64,000 nucleotides of DNA from a virus (lineage: Duplodnaviria > Heunggongvirae > Uroviricota > Caudoviricetes), in the IMG/VR virus record IMGVR_UViG_3300032046_000003, positions 1 to 64,000 of that record, one strand, 5' to 3'. The notes under the pieces are model-generated. The model worked only from the letters and a program-made list of their open reading frames with translations, was not told the DNA's origin and searched no databases. Each line of letters begins with the position of its first letter. Position 1 is the first letter of the stretch. A program made the translations under genes and the position numbers. This document shows, one piece after another, positions 27,081-33,504 of the stretch.

Positions 27081-27152
27081 ATGATAGACATAGGAAACAT
27101 AAATATATATAACATTATTGCCGTATCCTGGTCGAGCTCAAGTAGTAATTAA
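27081..27152 (+). CDS. leader-peptide-like ORF MIDIGNINIYNIIAVSWSSSSSN (Ile x7 incl. 4 ATA, Ser x5, Trp) between tRNA-CAT and tRNA-Trp
   Basis: SD AAAGGAGATGG; own translation. Confidence 0.4.
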   Translation: MIDIGNINIYNIIAVSWSSSSSN

Positions 27153-27160
27153 TTACTTTT

Positions 27161-27231
27161 GGGTTCGTAGTTTAATGGAAAAATCATCGTCTCCAAAACG
27201 ATAGTTGTAGGTTCGATTCCTACCGAGCCCG
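27161..27231 (+). tRNA. tRNA-Trp(CCA)
   Basis: Acceptor GGGTTCG/CGAGCCC, anticodon loop CTCCAAA, T arm GTAGG-TTCGATT-CCTAC. Confidence 0.8.
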
Positions 27232-27245
27232 TAATATTTGGAGAG

Positions 27246-27848
27246 ATGGCAGAATGGCTATTGCGCTAACTAAGGAGTAATATGGCTAAAAAGGGTTGCA
27301 TTCCCTGGAATAAAAATTTAACCAAAGAAACAGACGAGAGAGTTAAGAAAAACGGAGAAAATGTTAGTAAAGCAATGACTGGTAGAAAATGGAAACCAAA
27401 AACTTCAGAATCGGCTTTATTACGAATTGAAAGAATTAAAAACGCTGCTAAGAAATATGGAAGAATGGGCGGATATAGAGAAAGAAGTGGTAGGGGTAAA
27501 CAAGGCAGATATAAAGGATATTGGTGTCAAAGTAGTTGGGAATTAGCTTATGTTATTTATAATTTAGAACATGCAATAAAATTCGAAAGGAATAAAGAAG
27601 GGTTTGAATATATTTTTGAAGGCAAAAAACATCTTTATTTCCCAGATTATATAGAAAATAGTTTTTACGTAGAGATTAAAGGTTATTTAACTAAACAAAT
27701 GCAAGTAAAAATAGCTAGTTTTAATAAACCATTAAGAGTTTTGCGAGAGGAAGATATACGGTCTATTTTAAATTATGTGACTCAAAAATATGGTAATGAT
27801 TTTATAAGACTATATGAGCCGTAGGTTCGAATCCTTCTCTCTCCGCCA
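27246..27848 (+). tRNA. class-II (Ser-like) tRNA gene interrupted by a 0.56-kb insertion carrying a homing-endonuclease ORF; 5' part 27246-c.27283, 3' part c.27806-27848 (GCCA end)
   Basis: 5' GGAGAGA-TG-GCAGAATGGCTATTGC and 3' GTAGG-TTCGAAT-CCTTC-TCTCTCC-G-CCA; acceptor halves perfectly complementary; closely resembles neighbouring tRNA-Ser(GCT). Confidence 0.45.
27282..27824 (+). CDS. homing endonuclease-like protein (NUMOD-like N-terminus + PD-(D/E)xK-like nuclease) inserted in tRNA gene
   Basis: GCIPWNKNL motif; FPDYIENSFYVEIKG (PD..ExK); SD AAGGAG. Confidence 0.6.
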   Translation: MAKKGCIPWNKNLTKETDERVKKNGENVSKAMTGRKWKPKTSESALLRIERIKNAAKKYGRMGGYRERSGRGKQGRYKGYWCQSSWELAYVIYNLEHAIKFERNKEGFEYIFEGKKHLYFPDYIENSFYVEIKGYLTKQMQVKIASFNKPLRVLREEDIRSILNYVTQKYGNDFIRLYEP

Positions 27849-27851
27849 ATT

Positions 27852-27936
27852 GGAGAGGTGGCCGAGCGGTTTAAGGCGCTTGTTTGCTAAACAAGTATAT
27901 CGAAAGGTATCATAGGTTCAAATCCTATTCTCTCCG
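27852..27936 (+). tRNA. tRNA-Ser(GCT), class II
   Basis: Acceptor GGAGAGG/TCTCTCC, D loop GCCGAGCGGTTTAAGGC, anticodon loop TTGCTAA, long V arm, T loop TTCAAAT. Confidence 0.8.
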
Positions 27937-27954
27937 TTTTTTTAAAGGAGTAAT

Positions 27955-28734
27955 ATGCCTGGTACTTCAAATGGTAATTATGGAAGAAGTATGTATTCCG
28001 ATCCAAAATGGAGAAGAAAAATAGCAGTAGGACATGTATATAAGAGAATAAATATTAAGAAAATATGTTCTAAATGCAATAATATATTTATAATTGAAAG
28101 AAAAATAGATAAAAATGGTAATGAAGTAGTTTATAATAAAGAAAAGAAATATTGTTTTAGGAAGTGTGCCAATTCTCACGTTCAAACAAAAGAAATAAAT
28201 GATAAAAGAGCAATAAAATTAAGAAAAAAACAGCATAAAATACACTATATAGAGTGTAAATTTTGTCATAAAATTTTTATAGGTAAACTTAAAAGTAGAT
28301 TTTGTAGCAGAAAATGTGTTAACTTAATGCGTAGAATTGAACTTGATGAATATAATAAATACAAAGCAAATTGTCAGTTTAAATTTTCTTTAAATGAATA
28401 TAAAAATAGATTTAATTTTTTATTAATTGAAAAGTTTGGTTGGTATAAGGCTAAAAATAGAGGTAATAATTTAAAAGGTATTTCAAGAGATCATATTATT
28501 TCTATAAATTATGGATTTGAAAATAATATTTCTCCTGAAATTATTTCTCATCCGGCTAATTGTCAACTATTAAGACATAACGAGAATATTTCTAAGGGTA
28601 AAAAATGTGGCTTAACACTAGATCAGCTATTGGACAAAATAGCAAAATGGGATTGTGGTGTAAATGGGAACACTTCTGACTTGCAATCAGAGGATCCGAG
28701 TTCGAGCCTCGGCTATTCCAATAATAGCGTATGA
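27955..28734 (+). CDS. HNH homing endonuclease with Cys-rich zinc fingers; ORF reads through tRNA-Ala at its 3' end
   Basis: CSKCNN..CFRKCANSH zinc motifs; GISRDHIISINYG..NCQLLRHNENISKG HNH; true stop may be earlier than track. Confidence 0.6.
   Translation: MPGTSNGNYGRSMYSDPKWRRKIAVGHVYKRINIKKICSKCNNIFIIERKIDKNGNEVVYNKEKKYCFRKCANSHVQTKEINDKRAIKLRKKQHKIHYIECKFCHKIFIGKLKSRFCSRKCVNLMRRIELDEYNKYKANCQFKFSLNEYKNRFNFLLIEKFGWYKAKNRGNNLKGISRDHIISINYGFENNISPEIISHPANCQLLRHNENISKGKKCGLTLDQLLDKIAKWDCGVNGNTSDLQSEDPSSSLGYSNNSV
28649..28720 (+). tRNA. tRNA-Ala(TGC) (G3:U70 present; one acceptor mismatch)
   Basis: Acceptor GGGATTG/CTATTCC, D stem GTGT/ACAC, anticodon stem TCTGA/TCAGA loop CTTGCAA, T arm CCGAG-TTCGAGC-CTCGG. 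Confidence 0.6.
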
Positions 28735-28754
28735 AATTAAAAAAGAGAATTAAA

Positions 28755-28883
28755 ATGAGAGTATGGGGATTGCCTTGCACAAGGAAAGTTGGTACTCAAG
28801 TCATAGAATCTAAGAAGAATAAACTTAATACGCGTAGAGCACTTAAGAGGAAACTTCAAAAAGAAATTGCGGGTATAGTATAA
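28755..28883 (+). CDS. small basic ORF (42 aa) ending inside tRNA-Gly
   Basis: Own translation MRVWGLPCTRKVGTQ..; weak SD. Confidence 0.25.
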   Translation: MRVWGLPCTRKVGTQVIESKKNKLNTRRALKRKLQKEIAGIV

Positions 28884-28940
28884 TTGGAAGTATACTTGCC
28901 TTCCAAGCAGGTGGAGCAGGTTCGAAACCTGTTACCCGCT
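28870..28940 (+). tRNA. tRNA-Gly(TCC)
   Basis: Acceptor GCGGGTA/TACCCGC, anticodon loop CTTCCAA, T loop TTCGAAA. Confidence 0.8.
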
Positions 28941-28946
28941 TAAAAT

Positions 28947-29017
28947 GCGGATGTAATTTAATGGTAGAATTCCTGGTTGCCAACTAGGATATACGGGTTC
29001 GAGTCCCGTCAACCGCT
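28947..29017 (+). tRNA. tRNA-Gly(GCC)
   Basis: Acceptor GCGGATG/CAACCGC (1 mismatch), anticodon loop TTGCCAA, T loop TTCGAGT. Confidence 0.7.
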
Positions 29018-29043
29018 CAAATAAAGTAGAAGGGGGTGTTAAA

Positions 29044-29136
29044 ATGGTAGACGCTGCCCCAGAAGATTACAAGTTGGCTGAGGAACAGATGAACGAAGAG
29101 TTATTAAATTTAGCAGAAGTAGAAATAATAGAATAA
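29044..29136 (+). CDS. leader-peptide-like ORF MVDAAPEDYKLAEEQMNEELLNLAEVEIIE (Glu x8)
   Basis: Own translation; no Glu tRNA seen downstream in window. Confidence 0.35.
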   Translation: MVDAAPEDYKLAEEQMNEELLNLAEVEIIE

Positions 29137-29145
29137 GGAGATAAA

Positions 29146-29202
29146 ATGTTCCAATTAGTTATAAAGCGAAAACGCAGGAGATGCGCTCGAAAGAGCGCAT
29201 AA
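29146..29202 (+). CDS. leader-peptide-like ORF MFQLVIKRKRRRCARKSA (Arg x5 incl AGG AGA, Lys x3) preceding tRNA-Arg(TCT) and tRNA-Lys(TTT)
   Basis: SD AAGGAGATAAA; 3' end folds as TGCGCTC-GAAA-GAGCGCA hairpin. Confidence 0.5.
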   Translation: MFQLVIKRKRRRCARKSA

Positions 29203-29210
29203 TGCGTCAC

Positions 29211-29283
29211 GCCCATATAGCTCAATTGGATAGAGTATCGGATTTCTAATCCGAAAATGTAAGTTCAAGTCTTACTATGGGCA
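29211..29283 (+). tRNA. tRNA-Arg(TCT)
   Basis: Acceptor GCCCATA/TATGGGC, anticodon loop TTTCTAA, T loop TTCAAGT. Confidence 0.8.
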
Positions 29284-29291
29284 TACTTTTT

Positions 29292-29362
29292 GTGCCTATA
29301 ACTTAATGGTAAAGTAGGTGGCTTTTAACCATCAAATGAAAGTTCGATTCTTTCTAGGCACA
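29292..29362 (+). tRNA. tRNA-Lys(TTT)
   Basis: Acceptor GTGCCTA/TAGGCAC, anticodon loop CTTTTAA, T loop TTCGATT. Confidence 0.8.
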
Positions 29363-29370
29363 TAAAAAAT

Positions 29371-29877
29371 ATGAAATTTAAATACATAGATCAATACATA
29401 TCTAAAAATAGAGAAGATAGAAGAAAACATTTAAATCTTAAAGAAAAGTGCATTGAAATAGGCGGAAATTCTACGAAATTTCAAGCTTTATTGGCTTACT
29501 TTCTTAAAACGACTATTCCTATTAACAAGAAAATTAACTTATGCCATGCATGTAATAACGGTAAATGTTCAAATGTTAAACATTTATATTGGGGCACCTC
29601 ACAAGACAATGTTCAAGATATAAAAGAAAGTGGTAAATGGAGCTCTTTATATTCAAGAACTGTTAAAAAATATGGTATAAATTATATGAAAGATATTTGT
29701 AGGAAAAACGGCCAAAATAATAAAGGCAAAAGATTATTGAAAAAAGATGAAATAAATAGAAGATTAAATTTAATAGAAAAAATTAATTTAAATGAATGGG
29801 GTTCTACAAATAAAGTAGCAGAAGTATTAAATATTAGTCACACTCAAGCCAGAAGATTTATTAATAAATATATATAA
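29371..29877 (+). CDS. HNH-type homing endonuclease with C-terminal HTH
   Basis: LCHACNNGKCSNVKHLYWGTSQDN; C-terminal WGSTNKVAEVLNISHTQARRF. Confidence 0.6.
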   Translation: MKFKYIDQYISKNREDRRKHLNLKEKCIEIGGNSTKFQALLAYFLKTTIPINKKINLCHACNNGKCSNVKHLYWGTSQDNVQDIKESGKWSSLYSRTVKKYGINYMKDICRKNGQNNKGKRLLKKDEINRRLNLIEKINLNEWGSTNKVAEVLNISHTQARRFINKYI

Positions 29878-29882
29878 ATCAG

Positions 29883-29911
29883 TTCAAATCTTCCAATATA
29901 TGCATTATAAT
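29883..29911 (+). promoter_or_regulatory. sigma70-like promoter TTCAAA-17-TATAAT; predicted start at or next to the ATG (leaderless)
   Basis: -10 ends 7 nt before ATG 29918. Confidence 0.5.
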
Positions 29912-29917
29912 ATATAT

Positions 29918-31096
29918 ATGGAAAACAAACTAAGTAAATTTATAATCGAAAGACATAAGAAGGATGGGACAGAAATTGCCCCAGTCAAGGTTAAGAAAGG
30001 CTATTGGATAGAGCTTCATAAAGAGAAGCAAGAAGGATTCATTTATTATCCTGGAACATTGGTACCCCACATACACTTCATGGAATGCAAAAAACACGAC
30101 AAGTATAACCAGCTCAAAGGCGGACCGATGCCTTGGACCAATCCCGAGACTATTGAGATAAACAAAGAGCTTTTGGCCACGCCTAATATATATGAAAAGA
30201 TGCTGAAAGCACAGAAAGATAACGACACTAAAACAATCGAATTCCTTTCAAAGCCTCTGGTGACCTGGGTATGCCCTCAAACATTAGGTAAAAAATCAAT
30301 ATATGCAGCTGATGTCACAGTGCATAATCGAAACGCCAAGAGTGAATATGTATTCGATCAAATAGATAGATTCGAAGAAGGCATAAAGAGGCTTGAAGGC
30401 ATATACAATAAAGAACGAGTAAAGACAACTCGAGGAATTGCCGCATTGGTCAACTTGCTATCAGCCAAATTCTGCTTCAGGGTCGGGAACAACACAGACA
30501 AAAAGACCTCCGGCATAGGAGTCACGACATTCAGGCCGCACAACATAAAGGTGGATAAGCGTAGCATAATACACTTTGTATTCAGAGGCAAGAAGAAAGT
30601 CAAGTGGCACAAGGTGCTGAGGCCTCATACAGACCTCGAGAATAAAATGTATGATGATTTAGTAGCCCTTAAGAACAGAGACAAAGAGTTCCTATTCACG
30701 AATGGTGAAAGAGTAGATAGTGGAGTAGCAAACGAACTGTTCAGAGAGGCAATGGATGTCAAAGAAGACGAAAGAGACTTCTTGTCATTCCACAGTTGGA
30801 GGCATTGGAACGCCTCTAAAGCCATCACTGAACAGGTCGCCAAATTGAGACTCAACAGGAAGCTTAATAAGATAATGAGAAGCAAACGTTCAGGCAACAA
30901 GGACCTCTCCAAGGCGCGATTAATAAATAAGAGTATAAATACATTATTCAAGAAGGTTGCAAAGATTCTGAATGATACGCCGGGAGTTGTTAAGTCGACC
31001 TACGGTGGAGCTCAACCGATCAGGAAATTATATGAGGACAATGGAATAAAATACGACGAGAAACGCAGATCGTTTGACAAGGAGATAATAAAATGA
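29918..31096 (+). CDS. type IB DNA topoisomerase (poxvirus/bacterial type)
   Basis: Blocks VHNRNAKSEY, ..FCFRVG, GVTTFRPHNIKV..FVFRGKKKV, EFLFTNG, HSWRHW, VKSTYGG align with vaccinia TopIB conserved blocks (recalled from memory). Confidence 0.65.
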   Translation: MENKLSKFIIERHKKDGTEIAPVKVKKGYWIELHKEKQEGFIYYPGTLVPHIHFMECKKHDKYNQLKGGPMPWTNPETIEINKELLATPNIYEKMLKAQKDNDTKTIEFLSKPLVTWVCPQTLGKKSIYAADVTVHNRNAKSEYVFDQIDRFEEGIKRLEGIYNKERVKTTRGIAALVNLLSAKFCFRVGNNTDKKTSGIGVTTFRPHNIKVDKRSIIHFVFRGKKKVKWHKVLRPHTDLENKMYDDLVALKNRDKEFLFTNGERVDSGVANELFREAMDVKEDERDFLSFHSWRHWNASKAITEQVAKLRLNRKLNKIMRSKRSGNKDLSKARLINKSINTLFKKVAKILNDTPGVVKSTYGGAQPIRKLYEDNGIKYDEKRRSFDKEIIK

Positions 31097-31698
31097 CACT
31101 TAAAAAATATACGATTAATATAAATTCAGCGGAAAAGTCTCAAAAGCAGCATATCAGAGTGTCCTCAACAGGAAAGCCATTTAGTGCCGGTAAAGGATCA
31201 AGTAAAATTATTGGGACTACTAGAGATGGTAGAACCAATGTTATAGCTAATACTTCTCGTGTTTCATATGATGAATTTATAGCATCATCACAGAAAAAAA
31301 ATGAATATAATGATACTAAATCTTTTATAAAAGACCCTATAATGGAAGCAATTGATGAAGCTATTATGGCAAAAGAAGACTGGAAGAGTTTAGTAGACAA
31401 TTTGGACTATGATATAGTTGAACAAATAATGACTGAAAACGAAGTACCAGAAAAGACTGCTCAAAATATCGTTGATGAAGCTAAAAAAGAATTGATTGAA
31501 TATGGTAATGAAAGAATGAATGCTAAAATAATTAAATTTGACGACCTTATGGATTCAGTTAAATATGTGGCTAAACCAATGAGAAGCGGTGAAGAACCTT
31601 TCTATATGTTTAGATTAGGTGGCAAAAGCTATAGGGTTCAGGACACTGCAGAAGTGCCTAAGATTGCTAAAAAAATGGGCTATAAGATAATATACTAG
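31093..31698 (+). CDS. protein of KQHIRVSSTGKPFSAGKG family (MTLKKY N-terminus)
   Basis: ATGA-coupled; shares 25-aa module with ORFs at 34641, 50316, 52520. Confidence 0.5.
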   Translation: MTLKKYTININSAEKSQKQHIRVSSTGKPFSAGKGSSKIIGTTRDGRTNVIANTSRVSYDEFIASSQKKNEYNDTKSFIKDPIMEAIDEAIMAKEDWKSLVDNLDYDIVEQIMTENEVPEKTAQNIVDEAKKELIEYGNERMNAKIIKFDDLMDSVKYVAKPMRSGEEPFYMFRLGGKSYRVQDTAEVPKIAKKMGYKIIY

Positions 31699-31744
31699 TC
31701 CCCTGCAAACGTTCAACCGGAGTGACCCCAGAGGCATCTAATAA

Positions 31745-31942
31745 ATGATTAAATCAGACATATACCTTATTGATATAGCCAGGACCTCAAAAAGACATCA
31801 TGACATTATAGACAGATATTTCAATCCTAATCATGCTTGTTTTGGATGTTTGCCTTTAGCGTACGCGACCTTAAAGAACGCATGCGAGATTAGAGGATAT
31901 AATATAGAAGAGATACTAAAGGAGCTCAATAATGACTCTTAA
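31745..31942 (+). CDS. hypothetical small protein
   Basis: ORF. Confidence 0.3.
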   Translation: MIKSDIYLIDIARTSKRHHDIIDRYFNPNHACFGCLPLAYATLKNACEIRGYNIEEILKELNNDS

Positions 31943-32153
31943 AAAGTTTAAATTTGATGAAAATTCAACCAAAATAGAAAAATCTAAAACTTATTTTTGC
32001 AATTCTTGTCAAGAGAATCACGAAATTGATAGCGCAATTGGTAAGAAACACGCTAACAAAATTAAAAACAAAATGAAACCAAAATTAGAAAGTAAAGAAT
32101 TTAGAGCTGGTTATATGAAAGAAAAATTAGAGGACACAGTTAATGAAAGATAA
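31932..32153 (+). CDS. small zinc-binding protein (MTLKKFKFDEN N-terminus)
   Basis: Paralog of 14267 ORF (FCNSCQENH). Confidence 0.4.
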   Translation: MTLKKFKFDENSTKIEKSKTYFCNSCQENHEIDSAIGKKHANKIKNKMKPKLESKEFRAGYMKEKLEDTVNER

Positions 32154-32457
32154 ATTGCTTATACTTAAATCATCTCAAAGAATGCATAGACGTGTCAGTA
32201 AAAACGGCAAGGTGTTCTATGCAGGTACGGATGCAAACGAGGAATACGAGGAAGAGAAGCTTAAGCATCCTGTAAATTATAAAGTTAAACCTTTATCGGG
32301 TTTTGATAAGGGTGATAAAGTAGTTGTTGATGGTAAAAAAGGCGAAATACAGCACAAAAGTACTTCATTATTAGGTTATTCAGAATATGCTGTAGACTTT
32401 GAAGACGGAACTAGAAGATGGGTTAAAGAGGAAAAGTTGCGTTCAGAAGGAAAGTGA
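32143..32457 (+). CDS. hypothetical protein
   Basis: ORF. Confidence 0.4.
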   Translation: MKDKLLILKSSQRMHRRVSKNGKVFYAGTDANEEYEEEKLKHPVNYKVKPLSGFDKGDKVVVDGKKGEIQHKSTSLLGYSEYAVDFEDGTRRWVKEEKLRSEGK

Positions 32458-32696
32458 TTAACGTGGATAACAAAGAACATTGCTTCGCGTGCCCGTTTTG
32501 TAGATGCTCTAAAGATATGAATAAATTTAAAGGCATTCCCGGCATAGCAGAACTTGGATGTTATACGTGTCCTAATAAAACATGTTCATATTTATGGGGT
32601 GAAGACGCCTTGAAAAAACATTTAAAAAATGTGCATAATATTCATGAACCTCATCATATGAGAATAGATGGCCAGATTCACACTATAGACGATTAA
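32454..32696 (+). CDS. zinc-ribbon protein
   Basis: CFACPFCRCS..CYTCPNKTCS; GTG start. Confidence 0.4.
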   Translation: MINVDNKEHCFACPFCRCSKDMNKFKGIPGIAELGCYTCPNKTCSYLWGEDALKKHLKNVHNIHEPHHMRIDGQIHTIDD

Positions 32697-32706
32697 AGGA
32701 TAAATT

Positions 32707-33348
32707 ATGACAGAGAACATATTGACACTATTTGGATTATGGACCGGCAACTTGATTCCTGAACTATTGAAAGGATTGGGTTTCGGTCTCATAACATTAA
32801 TACCTCTTTATATTGTAGGCGGATTAATAGGCAAAATCACCTATACAATAGGAGCTCTTAAAGATTGGATTGATGGTTTAATTTTAACTGCCAGTGGATT
32901 GCTGACAGCAATAGGGGAAGAAGTAATATTCAGAGGCGTTGTAATGCACCTACTGTTCTATATTCTAGGGGTAATGCTTGTAATATCAAATATAGATTCA
33001 GGAATAGCGGTTGATGTTTCGATATTTATAACGGCTTTGTTATTCGCATGGGCGCATTTCACCTTGGGCATGTACAAGGACGAAAATGCACTAAGTCCTA
33101 AAGGATTAGGCCTGACAATTCTAGGAATAGTATTAGGATGCTCGGTCGCGATAACAGGAAACATATGGACAGGTGTGGGAATACATTGGGGATGGATAAC
33201 AGTTGTTTCAATAATGCCTAATTGGTTTTGCGCAAAAGTTGACAAAGGCTGGACAGAGTGGTTCAATGAAACTCATCCAGTTGTAGGAACTATAGGCGGA
33301 ATATTGGCCGCTGTTATTGCCTGGGTAACTCTTCGAGACTCCATCTAA
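32707..33348 (+). CDS. CPBP (CAAX protease/Abi) family intramembrane metalloprotease
   Basis: EEVIFRG, FAWAHF, IHWGW motifs across multiple TM helices. Confidence 0.65.
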   Translation: MTENILTLFGLWTGNLIPELLKGLGFGLITLIPLYIVGGLIGKITYTIGALKDWIDGLILTASGLLTAIGEEVIFRGVVMHLLFYILGVMLVISNIDSGIAVDVSIFITALLFAWAHFTLGMYKDENALSPKGLGLTILGIVLGCSVAITGNIWTGVGIHWGWITVVSIMPNWFCAKVDKGWTEWFNETHPVVGTIGGILAAVIAWVTLRDSI

Positions 33349-33431
33349 ACTAATAAGTGTAGGTTAATAGACTGCACAAATCGACAGTTGTAAAACCGTC
33401 ACACCAAGCTTTCTTTAGAAAGCCCTCAGCT

Positions 33432-33482
33432 CAACTGTATTGTAAACTATTGTAAACTTCATATCAACTGTATTGTAAACTA
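33432..33482 (+). promoter_or_regulatory. direct repeats CAACTGTATTGTAAACTA x2 plus TTGTAAACT (operator/promoter-like)
   Basis: Repeats read directly; further GTTGTAAAAC copy at 33388. Confidence 0.4.
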
Positions 33483-33504
33483 ACTAGTAAAGAGGGGAGT
33501 AACT

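Noticed and set aside
27246-27848. Group I self-splicing intron interpretation of the split tRNA
   Set aside because: The endonuclease ORF fills nearly the whole insertion, leaving too little non-coding RNA for a P1-P9 core. I found no anticodon-stem complement in the 3' part. Kept as an interrupted gene of uncertain status.
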